Shown here piece by piece: positions 34,445-49,257 of a stretch of 64,000 bases of DNA. Position numbers and translations under genes: made by a program. The notes under the pieces were generated by a model, which did not search any database, was not told the origin of the DNA, and saw only the letters and a list, made by a program, of their open reading frames with translations. Positions within the stretch are counted from its first letter, which is position 1. The number at the start of each line of letters is the position of its first letter. This stretch comes from Camelus dromedarius. Taxonomy: Eukaryota. The stretch is from the NCBI RefSeq assembly GCF_036321535.1, contig NC_087437.1:53508001-53572000 (forward strand). Reading direction: 5' to 3'.

Positions 34445-36889
34445 TGTATGTCTTATTATGTCCTTTTAGTCTTATTTAATCAAAAACAGTTATCTTCCTC
34501 CCACATGATATTGACTTGCAATAGCACCAAGCCAGATGTGGAGAGTTTCCCATTCTGGATTCATCTACATCCTCAGAGCAAAATTTCCCTTGTTACTCAA
34601 TCCCCTGGCATTGCCATGCTGGAGAATGTAGGTGTAGGCACTCTGGTAGACAGTGCCAGCAGAGCCCAGCTTTCCAGCCATCCCAGCCAAGAGGTCAGGC
34701 ATATTAATTGAGAAATCATCTTGCAAGTGGGTTCTTCAGCCCAACCTGTTGCAGCCCTCAGCCATTTGAGTCATTCCCAGACATCTGAGTCATCTCAACT
34801 GAGACCCCAGACATCATGGAGCAGAGCAGAGCCATTCTGTACCCTTTGTTAAACTCATAACCCACAGAATCTGTGAGCATAATAAAATGTTTTATGCCAC
34901 TAAGTTTTAGGGAAGTGTGTTATACAGCATTAGCTAACTGGAACAGCCATCAGGCTTGTCAGGATGTGATACAACTTGTCAACAAAGGACAGCCAAAGTT
35001 CAAGTCAGGACTACATGCAAAACTAGTGGAGACCAGGTCCCATGAGAGAGGTAGGTAGTGAAAGCAAATGGAAGAGTCTGAGGGAGCAGGGAAATCAAGC
35101 CCTGGCAGAATCAACCTTTTGTTTCTTGCAAGTCAGAACTGGCTTTTAGTTTTGTAAAGTGACTGACACTTTGAGAAGGGTGGTGGCATATGAAATCTTG
35201 AGAATCAGAATTCCATATCCTTTGTAATTTATAACTTTACTCTAAGCTCTCCTTCCTGGAGCCTTCATTTCTGAGTGTACTGTACGCTTTTTAACACGAA
35301 GTATGGTAACATCAATATAAACACCCACCATCTCCTGTCAGATCTGTCTCTTCCTGTTGGGCACTGCCGTATCCAGGTTCCTCTGTGGGAGGAACTTCAT
35401 TTGTGTGACTGCATTCTAGCCCAATCATGCAGGGGAGTCCGCTGAGTAGGGGGCAGGATGGAAAGAGACTGACAATTCAAATATAGCCAGGGTGATCTGG
35501 GGACAGAGTACCGAAGTGAAGAGCCCAGGGAACCTGAAACCTTGCAGATGTAACTAGAGACAGGATTCAGGGTAAAACTTCTTCTTTGTAAATAGGCTGA
35601 GGCTGACATTTCCTCGCCACCTCTTACCTCTTCAATACCTGTCTCCTCAGAGCTTCCTTCAGCTGTGCTATTGTCATAATTACTCCAGATGTCCTTGCGA
35701 CGCTTCTCTCTCTGTGGTCCTGAGCTGTTAGTGAGGTCACACCAATTTATAGCTCTGATTTCCAATTAAGCCATAAGAAGTTTGCCCTCAAGTAACGTGC
35801 TCATCCGTTTGTTTAGCTGAGTCCATTCAGTTTTATGGCCTTAAGTGTAATAGGGACTTCAGGAATCATCTTGCCCAAACTTCTTCATGTACAGATGAGG
35901 AAATTGAGGCTCAACTGCAATGACATACAATAGGATCTACAGGGGGAGATCTTGGTACCCAGCAAAATGCCAATTACTGATGACGTTGAATGGACTTGAC
36001 ACTCTCAGTGACTAGATGACACATTCGATGTTACCTTCTTCAATGACAAGAATCCACTGTACGACACAGTAACCTCAATATGTATATGCAGTCGGTTACG
36101 CGGAGTGGCGGGTGAAAGGGGCTACAAGCCTCAGGTGTTTGAGCGCTCAGGGTGAAATGTCTGTGTTTCTAAGAAACAGCCCAGGGAGAATATTTCAGGT
36201 CGTAACAACATCACAAAAGCTCAGAGAGGGAAGGAAAAGGTACCAGTTATAATTTCAACGATATCCCCGTTGTTACCCACTGAGAGGGTGATGTTGCCCA
36301 GTCGGCCCAGGACAAACCTGGGAGACTTGGGGATGAGGATGAGACGAGGGAAAAATTTCTTATGTTGAAAACTGTGCCAGGACAGAGGGAGGAAAATGGG
36401 TCTAATAGGCAATGACTACATGTCCTTTCTCAGGAAGAGCTTGTCACCCTGAGGTTAGTTCAACAGCCAACTGATTAATCAAAATGTATCATTCCACTAA
36501 AAATATGTTAACCTTGATGTACATAAATATGCAAGGTTGTTCACTGTAGCAATGATTGGATAATAGCCTAAATGCCCAAAATAGAGAATTAGTTCATAAT
36601 TTCTAGTAGCTCTAACAAAACAGAGTACGATGTAAGCAGTAATCAGGATAATGTGGTTCTATAGTCACTGACATGAAAAATTTCTGTATTTTTAGTGAAA
36701 ATGTTATATCATTTACATGAAATATATAGATATTACACTTATATGGAGTATGTGCATATTCTCTCTATATACACATGTAAAATTTTAATATGTATATTAT
36801 AAAATTAACATTATGTGCATGTGTTTAGGGAGATATTTATAAAGATTTCCAACAAAATATTAGCAGTGGTTAATATTTTTTCTTTTTGC

Positions 36890-37325
36890 TTTCTTTTTTT
36901 TTAACATTTTTTATTGATTTATAATCATTTTACAATGTTGTGTCAAATTCCAGTGTTCAGCACAATTTTTCAGTCATTCATGGACATATACACACTCATT
37001 GTCACATTTTTTTCTCTGTGAGTTATCATAACATTTTGTGTATATTTCCCTGTGCTATACAGTATAATCTTGTTTATCTATTCTATAATTTTGAAATCTC
37101 AGTCTATCCCTTCCCACCCTCCACCCCCCTGGCAACCACAAGTCTGTATTCTCTGTCTATGAGTCTATTTCTGTCCTGTATTTACACTTTGTTTTTGTTT
37201 GTTTGTTTGTTTGTTTTTGTTTTTTAGATTCCACATATGAGCGATCTCATATGGTATTTTTCTTTCTCTTTCTGGCTTACTTCACTTAGAATGACATTCT
37301 CCAGGAGCATCCATGTTGCTGCAAA
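36890..37325 (-). mobile_element. Young L1 3' end, antisense
   Basis: Closely matches the reverse complement of 32181-32482; ORF track shows the L1 ORF2 C-terminus FAATWMLLENVILSEVSQKEKEKYHM. Confidence 0.9.
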
Positions 37326-40069
37326 CTGCACCAGGAGGCTCCAAGCTGAGGGCTGTCCTGTAGCTCTGGGGCTGCGCTCTCCCAGATGTCTAGTGATCTT
37401 CACCTTTGAGATTTTCTCCAACTCCCTTCTTCAAGGACACCTACCTACCTTGGCCATTGTATGTACATTTGCACCTGCCTCCCTCCCTCTACCCCACTTC
37501 ACCCCCTCAGTCCTGATCCCCTTAATGCTCCACTTTTTGTTCTTTTTCTTTAGCAACTCATCATCTCTTCATATACTGAATATAACGAACTCAGGGTCAT
37601 CCACAATTAAACAAGAGCCCTGGGCTTTTCCATAAGACTTTCTGTCATAAACTGAAATCAGAAACTATCTTTCTGGAAATGCCGCAGTCCTCCCCTCCTC
37701 CTCTCTCTCTCACTAGCTGCCTGCCTAGCCACTTTTCTAAAAATAAAATCTGCTTTCCCCTTTAACAGGAATTGAATGAGCAGGGGTGGGGTGGTTAACT
37801 GAATACTGTGATCATCACCAATAAATTTTGTCAGATTTGTGCAGAAGTTTCATTCAACAAACATTTACAGAGCTCCTGCTGACACCTGGCCACATGCTGG
37901 TCTCTGGATTCTTAAGATGATCCTCCAGGAGTCTTGAAAATAATCATATATACTATTCCTCAAACCCTACCTCTAATTTAATTCGAGTTTTCCTGGGCAA
38001 GGGCAAACCTGGTCAGATTTAGCCCAAAATCTGAATAAGCAAGGGGATGTCCAAGACGCCCCTATCTTCTTGATGGTCAGCTCTCTTGATTTTAGATTAT
38101 TTCAAGTGGGGGTAGGAGTCAGATACCACGGAGCACAGTAGAAAATCTTTAAAACGTCTCTTCCTGGAGAAGGTGTTATGCAATTTCTTTAGAAGTAAAT
38201 TAACCTTCCTAATTATGGATGCCTGGAGCTACAATTACAGATAAACAGCATTTCTAAAGTCTAAAGACCTTCCTGCTTCCTTCTCCAAAGCCCTGCTGGC
38301 AAGCCTCCTGGGCTGTCAGATTGTACGGAAGTGGGAGAGGCAGGCTAGAAAGAGCAGATTTGACCACAAAGCCCCCAAAGCTGAAGCTAGGGGGCGGCTG
38401 GAGGGGAGCACGGGATGGTAGTCATGGAAATGCGTGGTCTAGATCCCCCTCCAAGGGGAGCCTGGCTGTCTGGCTGCAGGATTGTTCAGTGGACAGGCTC
38501 CAGTGGTCAGTGCTGTCAGCCTTGGCCTCAGCTGTAGAGTAACCTCATGGGTAGCCGTTCCCTTCCAGGGCAGCCTGTGTCCAGCGACTAAGTGAAGGGA
38601 GGTACAGAGCCCTGGACATCTGTGCCTGATCTGAGACAGAGACAGACAGTCCTGGACCCAGAGCTTCCCACCTTGGCGAGCAGGATACTCTGCTGTTTGC
38701 CTTTGACAGTTCAACAATCCTCCATTGCAGTTTAACTGGATTCTGCATCCTCCCTCTTTCTTTCATAGGTGTCAATCCCCCCAGACATAGTGCATACCCA
38801 AATTCCATGTCAGTGTCTACTTCTGGAACACCCAGCCTGTGATGATGGGTCGGGGATGGGGAGGAACTTGAGATCTGGCCTGTTTACCTATCTAAGCTCA
38901 TCTCTTGCAGCTCTGAGCTCAGCCAACACCTTTCCCACTTCCTACCAGGTATTTAACAGGTGGAGGGAGGCTTTTCCTGTTGCTTCAGGCACCAGGGACC
39001 ACAGCTGAGAACAACAGGTGGTGGAAATCCCCCTTTCTAAAGAGAGCTGGGGATTTAGGTACAGCTGTCTTTCCAGGGCTTATTAAGAGGTGGGAGAACC
39101 AACCCTGCTGCCCCAGCACCCACCACAAACACCCCCTCCCCCTACCAAGCCTGAGGAGGAGAGAGGGTGGTGGAGAGATGGGGGATTGTCAAAGGGAGAC
39201 AGCAGAGTATCCTGCTTGAGTTGGTGAAGGTCAAGTGGACATGCCCGGCTGGCACCTTGCCTTGGAGGGCTGTGAGATGGGCCAGGTTACCTAACAGAGG
39301 AGTTGGCTGCTGGGTGAGAGCAGTGGTGGGATGGATTAGTTGAGCCAAGCTGGGTCTCCCATCTGGGGGCCCTTGGAAGAGTTCCCACCTGAGCCCAAGG
39401 CCGCCTGGCCCCAGACACCTGCCACACAGAGGACAGGTGGGCCAGTCAGTGTCAGCCAGAGAGGCAGTGACCACACCAAGGATGACCCAAAAGCTGGTTA
39501 CAGAGAGTGACCTTCTCCTTTCTCGCCCTCCCTCCTGGCCACCCCTCACTGGAAGTATCTGTCATCATCAGAATCCCAGTTCTGATACAGGTGAGTTTGA
39601 AGTTTTAAACTACCTTTTAATACACCAGAAAAAAGGACTTCAAAGAATGTGGTTGCAGAGAATAATTGAAAAAGAAAACAATTTTGTGTTTAAGTCCCAC
39701 TGAATCATAATTTAGAATTACGCCAACCTCCTTAAATTTCAGCTGGACCATTCACCACCTTGTATGTACTCCAGAGAAAGTTGGGGACAACAGGCAGGAG
39801 CCAGCTCCACTCTGTCCCTCCAGCCCTTCTAGGAACTTTGCTGGACTGTGGATGCCAGCATTTCCCCTTTCTTCAGTCTCAGCAGTGACGGTCACGGGTC
39901 AAGCATTTCCCATTTGGCAGGCAGCACAGTAAATCCTGGATGTGTATTAACTCGTGCTGGCTTCATAAACAACTCTTGAAGGTAGATGCTATTGCTGTCT
40001 GTATTTTGAGAAGAGGAAATTAGGGCACAGAGAACTTGAGCAGCTTGTCCAGTCCCTTTTCTAGAGCCT

Positions 40070-40410
40070 CAGTTAGCTCCTGCTGTGATAACAAAACGCC
40101 ATAGACTGGGTGGCTTCAGCAGCACAGGTCTGCTTCTCACAGTTCTGGGGCTAGGAAGTCCCAGGGCAGGGCGCTGGCACATTTGGCATCTGTGAGGACC
40201 TGTTTCCTGGTTTGCTGACAGCCGTCTCCTCCTTGTGTCTTCACACGATGGAGGGAGGGAGCAGAGCAACCTCTATTTCCTTAAAAAGGTGCTAATCCTA
40301 TCATAAGGGCTCTACCCTCATTCATCATCTAATTATCTCCCCAAAGCCCTACCATCACATCGGGGATTAGAGGGGATTAGAGTTCCAAAATATAAATTTG
40401 GGGAGGACAC
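40070..40410. mobile_element. MaLR (MLT1-type) LTR
   Basis: tcagttagctcctgctgtgataacaaaacgccatagactgggtggctt...gggaggacacaaacattcagtc. Confidence 0.75.
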
Positions 40411-41224
40411 AAACATTCAGTCTCTTGCACTTAGCAAATGGCAACAGCAAGACTGAATCAGATAGTTTGGTTCCAAAGCCCTTACCGGCTGGCCTTCTAC
40501 ACCCCACTGTCTCCTGAGCACTGGAAAATCCTACCCTCTGGCCTTCTTGGGGGATCTTGTCCTATGGTTTATATGTCACTTCCCTGGATTTTGAATTTCT
40601 GCTTCTCCTCTGGCCGTCCTCCCACACACATATGACTCTCCTAACTTCCACCTGACCTCAAGCTCGTTAAAGAGCAGCCCATCCCTGCTGCTCCACGACT
40701 TCTCCTATTTCCTAGAACTGCTCCTAGCTGGTCAGTAACGACCCGGTGGGTATCTTTATACATTTGCTGCCATTGACCCCTTTCTTCTTGAAAATTCTGT
40801 CTTGCTCTCTTTCTCTGACATCCCTTCCTGCGAGGTTTCTCTCGCCCTTGGATGCTCTTTCTGACTCAGATTGGTTTCGAGCTGGCACTCTCGCTGTGTC
40901 TCAAATTGGGGTCAGCTTGGACTCCATCCTGGGCCCTCTTCTCAGGGCAATTCTTTCCTTTCGGAACACTGTTCTTGCCTGGGCCTTCAATTACGGCAGC
41001 TGTATGAACTCACTATATTCAGACAGCTGTATTCCAACCCACAGATCTTTGCTTAATGGTCTGTCCCACCACAGCACCCCTCAGGCAACTTAAACTCAGC
41101 ATTTCCAAGACTGAACACACCATCGCTCCTTAAAAGCCTGCTCTTTTCTCCCCATCGGGAGAAAACTCTTCTCTCTCAATCCCCACCAATCATTTGCCAA
41201 ATCCTATTGTTTCTACCTCTTAAA

Positions 41225-43225
41225 CTAGTGACATTTTGGGGTCTCCAAATCCTTTTACAATCTTAAAAATCATTGAGGACCCCCAAAGTTTCTATGTCTA
41301 TGAGCTGTATTTAGAGATAATTAGTGTATTAGAAATTAAAACTGAGAAATTTTGAAATATTTATTTAAAATAACAGTAGTCCCATCACATTAACATGAAT
41401 AAAACATTTTTATGAAAATAATTCCATTTTCCAAAACAAACAAACAAAAAAACTAATGAGAAGAGTTGCATTGTTTTAGATTTTTGCAAATCTCTTTAAT
41501 GTCTGGCGTAACAGAAAAGAGCTGGATTCCCGTATCTGCTTTTGTATTCAATCTGTTGCAATGTATTATTTTAGTTGAAGTATACGGAGAAAATCCAGCT
41601 TCACACTGGTAAGTAGATAGAAAAGTGAGGTTTTTTTGTGGGGGTTGAGGGTCTTAAAACAACATAAATGTACTCTCTCCCAGCTCTGGGGCCTGAATTC
41701 TGACATCAGGATGTCACAGGGGCTAGGGGAGGGTCCTTTCTGCCTCTCCCAGCTGCTGGGGGATCCAGACTTTCTTGGGCTTGTGGCCACATCACCCTAA
41801 CCTCTACCTCCGCTGTCCTGCGGGGTCCTGAGTGTGTATGTGCCTTAATAACTTTTTCAGATAATTGTAGATAGTTTTCTTTGATACTACACCAGAGCAC
41901 AAGAATTACTTTCTTAAAGCTTCACAGCAGTGTGAATTCTGAAACCTTATAGTAAACTTTTTGTACTGTTTTATTAAAATCTATTGGTTATTTTACACTT
42001 CAGATGCGTCTTTCAGCCATCCATGATTTTGTGACATTATACATCGAGCTTTCAGAAATATCGCTTCACTGAGTAATGCACATCTTTCAGATATTGACAC
42101 ATTTCCCTCTGCAATGCCAATAATCACATTTGATGTTAGCACCACTGTGTTAGTTTCCTAGGGCTGTTGTAACAAAGCACTGCAACGGCTGCTGAACAGA
42201 CGTTTCTCGGTTTGTACTTGCATCGCTTCAATCTCTCCCTCCATCTTCATGTGGCCTCCTTTCATGTGTTTGTCTGTGCCTGTTTATCCAAATTCTTTTT
42301 ACGTAAGGACACCAGTCATCAGACTTAGAGCCCATCTTAATCCAGTATGACCTCCTCTTAACTTCACATCTGCAAAGGCCCTATTTCCAAAAAAGCTCAT
42401 GTTCACAGGTACCAAGAATAGAACTTTAACATGTTTTTTTGGGGGGCGGGGAACAGTTCAACCCAGAGCAACAACTGCATCAGAAAAATCTTAAAGAATT
42501 GGGAAGCTGTCACATTCACAGTGGTGGAAACAAGTTTTCCAGAGTTCTAATTTTTGCCTGAAAACTCAAATTTCAGCATCAGCAATAAGCACACCTAGTA
42601 ACAAATACTAAAACAAAAACAAGGAAAAGTTGTTTTCCCTGAAGTGGCAGTTTTACTTTGTTTATTTCAAGAAAATGTCTCCCCAGTATTCAAATCTGAA
42701 TAACATGAGTTTACTAGTTTTTGTTTTTTTGGTTTTTTTTAGGTGGAAATAGTGTTCCATGAAAAAAGTGGTCAGTCTGGCTTGCAACTCACTTGCAAAA
42801 GTAATTTTCTTTGAGGCAACAATTTTATTTCTTACTGCAACTGAAGTGGTTTATGTATGCTTCCTCTTGCATCATATGAGTGTTAATTAGAAAGGGGTGA
42901 ACGCAAAGGTCAAGAGTTAATGAAATCGGTAATGTTTACTGCTTCATCATGGACATTTTAAAGAGAAATTGACTTGTTCTTCTCTGTGGGTGCATGGTGG
43001 TGAAGAATGTGTGACTGTTAGTGGACTTCAGTGAATTTTTGATTGTCCTAACACCAGCAGTTTTACCTATCCTCGCTTTTGTTTTATCAGTGCAAACGTC
43101 AACACAGTGAAAAAGCCAAATATTGCCTTAATGTTATTGTGCAAATAGTTTTGATCTCAAAGTTCCCCAGAAAGCGCTTCAGGGACCCCTACTGGTCTGC
43201 GGACCACACTTTGAGAAGCACGGCC
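41225..43225. mobile_element. Charlie1-type hAT DNA transposon with nested MLT1 LTR pieces (~41640-41830, ~42146-42470)
   Basis: cttaaaaatcattgaggacccccaaag; tttttgcaaatctctttaatgtctggc; terminal ggaccacactttgagaagcac. Confidence 0.75.
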
Positions 43226-44879
43226 CTGGACAGCTCTCCACCAACTGCCTCTGCCTTAGGGCCTGTCAGTTCTTCGGACTATTGCAGTTACCATAACCAG
43301 CACCCAGTCTCTAGAGTTGTCTCTTCCAACCAGTCCTCCACATGGCAGCCAATTCGGTCTTAGAAAGGCATATGTTACTGAGACATTCCTCTGCTTCGAA
43401 CCCGTTAGGGGGTTCCCGTGGACTTTAAGCAGTCCGAATTCCTAAGCATAGTGTGTCATAGGAGGTCATCACTGATCTAACAGTGAATTACCTTTCCCAC
43501 CTATTCTCCAGCCACACTTCCACATGCCATTCAATCCAGCACCACCAGTTATTTTAATCCATCATGCTCTTCCCTTGCCTGGAAGGCCCTGCTCTCCTCA
43601 CCTCTTACCTGGCTAAGTCTTACTCTTTAAAAGTCACCTTCCATCACCTCTTCCAGGAAGCATTCCTTGACTACATTTTTGGGTTAGCAGGATTTTGCCC
43701 TCTACGTTTTCATACCATCATATACTTATTTCATTATAGCATTTCTAATAAGGTACTATAGTAGCAGTGAATGATAATAATAATTACCATTATGATAACC
43801 ACAAATATTTATTGACTATTTATTATTTGCTGGACACGGTGTCAGGCACTTCAAATACATCATCATTTCTAGCATATTTATCTATTACTCACATTAAGAC
43901 TTTGAGTTCCTTTACTCCAGGGTGCAGGAGGTAAGAAAACAAAATGATTAACTGTGTGGTTCTTAAAGTGTAGGAGACATGAGTTCACATCCCAACTTCA
44001 AGCCATGTGAACTCACACAAGTTCCTCATTTTTTTTTCTCAATTTTTTTTCTTTTTACCCAAGTGCTATATATTCTATAGAAAATTACCAGGAAGAAAGC
44101 AAAAAATGACCCAACTCCCACAATTCAGAAAAGTAAATTACTTGTGAGCATGATTTATAGATATTTCCCAGTGGACCTATATGTCAGAATAATACACAAA
44201 CAAACAAACAAAAATAGCCATCAGGTTATATTCCATAATCTGTTGTTTATAAGTAAAACAACAACAGCAACAACAATAAATTTTTAAAAACCTAGCGTAA
44301 TCTAAGGGACTACTGATGTTCAGATGAATGTTGCTTCACCACAAGGGATGTTGGGATACTGGCTGCTTCCTTAAACCGCTCTAAAGCAGGGCCCAACCTG
44401 GGCCCAGCAGTCTGCGCATTGACCCTCAAAGGGGCTGTGCTTGGCTGCACTAAGTTTATTTAAAGAAATAGAAGCTCAATGCCTTGGTGGAGATAGGGGC
44501 GTCCCCACTCTCATTTTCGGGATTTCTGCTCATCCCTTATTATCTTGCCCTGGCCACTTCCCATGCTCATGAACTGTAAGGAAGGGTGGGGTGAAGTACA
44601 TGAGCTGGGAAGCCAGACAGCCTGGGTTTAAATTCTGATTTCATGACTTGCTGTCTTTGGGGCTTCGGGTAGTTAACTTCTGTGTTTCATTTCCTCTGTA
44701 AAATGGGGCTCATAATAGACTCTAGTTTATGGGGTTATGACAGGATTAAATAAATTGATATTTGTATAGAGCTTAGAACAGTAAGCATATGGTAAATATT
44801 CAGTAAATGTTTGCTATTATTACTTGCTGTCTGGCTCCCATGTTAAGGTTAAGGAATTATAAAAACCATTAAATTGTAA

Positions 44880-46840
44880 AAGCCAAAAAAAACAAAAAGG
44901 ATTATAAAACTGAATCAAGAAGAAATAGATAATTTGAACAGACCATTCACTAGAAATGAAATAGATTATGAAGTGAAGAATACTCCCTGCAAACAAAAGT
45001 CCAGGACCAGATGGCTTCACTGGGGAATTCTAACAAACATACAAAGAAGAGCTCATACCAGTCCTTCTCAAACTCTTCCAAAAGATGAAAGAGGAGAGAA
45101 CACTCCTAAAGGCATTCTGTGAAGCCACCACCAGCCTGATATGAAAACCAGACAAAGATAATACCAAAAAAGAAAGCTACAGGCCAGTATCTTTAATGAA
45201 TATAGATGCAAAAATTCTCAGCAAAAGATTAGCAAACTGAATCCAACAACACATAAAAAAAATCATACACCATGATCAAGTTGGATTCATCCCAAGGTCA
45301 CAAGGATGGTTCAACATAAGCAAATCAATCAGTGTTGGATATCACATTAACAAAAGAAAGCTTAAAACCACATGATCATTTCAATAGATGCAGAAAAAGC
45401 ACTTGATAAAATTCAACATCCATTCATGATAAAACCTCTTACCAAAGTGAGTATAGAGGAAACATATCCCAACATAATAAAGGCTATTTATGGGGGAGGG
45501 TATAGCTCAGTGGTAGAGTGTGTGCCTCACATGCATGAGGTCCTGGGTTCAATCCCCAATACCTCCCTCAAAAAGTATAAATAAACCTAATTACCTCGCC
45601 CACCAAAAAAAAAAAAACCTAAAAAAAAAAAAAAAAAAAGAAAAAAGAAAAAAAAGGCTATATATGAAAAACCCAGAGCCTGGCTGCTAAAATCTGGAAC
45701 AAGACAAGGATGCCCACTCTCACCACTTCTATTCAACATAGTATTGCAAGTCCTAACCATAGAAATCAGACAAGAAAAAGAAGTAAAAGGTATCCAAATC
45801 AAAAGGGGTATATGCAGATGATTGATACTATATATAGAAAACTACTAGAACTGAGAAATGAATTCAGTAGGTAGCAGGATACAATTAACATGCAGAAATC
45901 TGTTGTATTTCTTTACACTAACAATGAAATATCAGAAAGGGAAGGTAAATAAATAATCTCTTTTAAAAATCAAATTAAAAAATACTTAGGAATGAACCTG
46001 ACCAAAGAGGTAAAAGAATTTTATGCTAAGAATTATAAAACATTTATAAAGAAAATTGGAGTTGATTTTAAAAAATGGAAAGATATCCCATGCTCTTGGA
46101 TTGGAAGAATTAATATTGTTTAAATGGCCATACTACCCAAAGCAATCTGCAGATTTAATGTGATCCCTATCAAGTTATCCAGGACATTTTTCACAGAACT
46201 AGAATAATTCTAAAATTCATATGGAACCATGAAAGACCCAGAATTGCCAAAGCAATCCTGAGGAAAAAGAACAAAGCTGGAGGCATAACCCTTCCAGACA
46301 TCAAACAATACTATAAAGCTGCAGTAATCAAAACAGCATGGTGTTGGCATAAAAACAGATATATTGTTCAATGGAACAGAATAGACCAGAAATAAACCCA
46401 CACATCTATGGTCAATTAATCTTTGACAAAGGAGGCAAGAATATACAATGGAGAAAAGACAATCTCTTCAGCAAGTGGTGTTAGGAAAGCTGCACAGCTG
46501 CATGTAAGTCATTGAAGTTAGAACACTCTCTCACACCATACACAAAAATAAACTCAAAATGGCTTAAAGACTTAAACATAAGTCAAGACACCATAAAAAT
46601 CCTAGAGGAGATCAAAGGCAAAACATTCTCTGACGTAAATCACAGCACTGTTTTCTTAGGTCAGTCTCCTTAGGTAATAGAAATAAAAGCAAAAATAAAC
46701 AAATGGGACCTAATCAAATGTATAAGCTTTTGCCAGCAAAGGAAACCATAAACAAAAGAAAAGACAGCCTACAGACTGGGAGAAAATATTTGCAAACAAT
46801 GTGACCAACAAGGGCTTAATTTCCAGAATACACAAGAGCA
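44880..46840 (+). mobile_element. L1 ORF2 (reverse transcriptase region), frameshifted, with a SINE inserted
   Basis: [50 protein letters not shown] motifs. Confidence 0.95.
45493..45652 (+). mobile_element. Vic-1-type SINE inside L1 ORF2
   Basis: A and B boxes, long A tail, TSD aaaggctat(t/a)tatg at 45479-45492 and 45653-45666. Confidence 0.9.
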
Positions 46841-47544
46841 TGGATATAAGAAATGGTAGAATCACAGGAAAACTGAAGGGCCACCTCAAGGCTGGCATTT
46901 CCCCCTTGGACCTGGGCATGCAGCAGACACACAGGCCTGTGGCCAGGTAGCTCTTCCCTCTGGCCAGGCTTCTGTTACACAAGGTGTTCTCTCTCCTTTG
47001 TGCGGTGATTCATTATGCAAGCTGCAGCATGAGGCAAAGCCTTCAGAACTAGGTGAAGAGTCTCCACATTCCTGCTTTTTATACTTTCCAGGAGGCACAA
47101 AGGAATTCCGGTCAGGGAAGGGGGTTCTGGAGCCCAAGAGGGACTCCACAGATTGGAGAGCTTTGGAAGCAATGCCTGAAAACCGTATTTGGTGGAGCAG
47201 TGTCACAGACAAAATGAAGAGGATGGGGAATGGGGGAGGCCCCTCACTGTCCAGACACGACAAGCCAGTTCACACCCTGACTTTAGGGAAGAAAGATTCC
47301 CCACACTGGAGGACGAAAGTGCCAACCCTCAGCAGGCAGCTACATGCTCCAAAATCATGATGGTGTTTACCAGGGCAGAGGGGCTGGGTGTTTGGGCACA
47401 ACAGAGGCCATGTTTCCATCCATGGTATTGATTGGGCTACCCTGAGAGGATGACTCTGTGGATAGGGTCCCAGGCCTGGGGACCTTCTTCACCCGAGAAA
47501 AATACCAGAAGACATAAAAAAAAAAATTATTAATTGAACTGTAC

Positions 47545-47685
47545 ATAGCTCAGTGGTAGAGTGCATGCCTAGCATGCACAAAGTCCTGGGTTCAATCCCC
47601 ACTACCTCTGTTTAAAATAAATAGATGAACAAACAAATAAATCCTAAAATTACCTCCCTCCCATTAAAAAAACATTAAGAGAAAC
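47545..47685 (+). mobile_element. Vic-1-type SINE (slightly 5'-truncated) in an L1 3' end
   Basis: atagctcagtggtagagtgcatgcctagcatgcac..gggttcaatcccc..aattacctccc. Confidence 0.85.
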
Positions 47686-49257
47686 AAACTATAGACCTGA
47701 AAATGGTCAAAATGGTCGATTTTATATTCTCCATTACCACAGTTAAAAACAAAGTATTAAAATAATACATGCCCAGTGTAGACAATTTGAAAAATTTAAA
47801 AAGATTGAAAGAAACAAAATGATCCATAGTCCTTCCTTCTAACATTTTGGTAATTTCCTTTTCTTCTTTTTATATGCAAATTGCCTATAATGTGTGTGGT
47901 TTGGGGGGGTAACATTATTATTTGAGCATATTCGTCATTAAGTATTGTTTGAAAGTATCATTTTAATGGAGTCAAAGTGGTTCATTTTATGAATTCATCA
48001 AATTGTATTTGATTGTCTTAGTGGCTATTTAGGCTGTTTCCAATATTTTGCAGACAAAAATAATAATCAGCGTTAAACATGTTTTTGTTTAATAGATCTT
48101 TTGAAAGTGTAAACATTTTTGTTTCTTCCTCTTTCATCCTAGTCAGAGCCTATACTTCCTTAAATGCTAGCTCAGGTCTGGCCTCTACTCTGAAACCTTC
48201 CCTGAGCTCATCAGCCTGCAAAACTCCCTTTATTCTCTCATTTCAGTTGCATTAATTCATCCATCCATTCATTCATTAAATATCATTTAATGGCATCAAG
48301 TAGGTATACATAAATGTTAATCAAATAATAATTTTTCTCTCATAATGTGATTACTTATATAATAATTATGGCTAACGTCCATTGAGTACTTACTCTGTGC
48401 TGACATTTAAAAATATTAGTTTACACTGGGTTATCTGATTTCATCTTTTGCAATACTATTGATGTTTTACCTTTGGGAAGGTTGTGACTGGCACAGAGAC
48501 ACTAAGTAACTTGCCCAAGCTTGCTCAGCTATTCCTTGGGTGACCTGTGATTCAATTCCAGTTACTGTGGCTCCAGAGTCCATTAATTGTATTAAGAATT
48601 ATATATGTTTCTCAGCCAGACTGTTGTAGGGGCTAGAGATGGAAGAGTGAGCAAAGCAAATACACCTCCTGTAGTATAGAGCTTACTTAGAGCCTGGGTG
48701 CCCCTCTGAGTTTTGGATCATAAAGGTCTTGAGCTGCTCCTTCATGGCTGTCTGTGGGTAACTCTTGCTTCTGCATCCTGTGAGCCCCTGCAGGGCTGGG
48801 GCCCTGTCTCCTGCCTTCCACCCTCAAGAAGCACATAGCTAGTGCCCAAGGGTTGCTCAGTAATGCCTTTAAACTGGTGGATGGGAGGTAGCAAAAAGAG
48901 ATCTGAGCATCTAGAGTCCAGATTTTCTTTGTGCTCCATCACTGTGCCACGCAGGGGTGGTTTCTCTGGTGTCTCGTGAGGGAAAAAAGATCATCTTTGA
49001 CATCCTACAAGTGTAGTAAAATCTCCCAGGAATACCTTAGGTTTTTCTCACATGATGGAGAGCAACCACTAGCACAAGACCTCCTGTGCCCTCCAGCTCT
49101 CTGATTCAGCCCGAGATTTATAATTTCAGGGCTAAACATGAGAAAGTTGTCTTCATGTTGCTTCTCTTTCAACATGCCTGGATGTGAGCAGGTGTCTTTA
49201 GAAGCTAAACAGCAGTGCTGATTTTCTCGCAGACCTGTGTCTTTTTTATAAAGTAGG

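Noticed and set aside
35975..36130. CpG-retaining unique patch with TGATGA (box C-like)
   Set aside because: No box D or terminal stem, so a snoRNA call is unsupported.
44880..46840. Potentially active L1 reverse transcriptase
   Set aside because: Multiple stops, frameshifts and deletions, a SINE insertion, and truncation at both ends.
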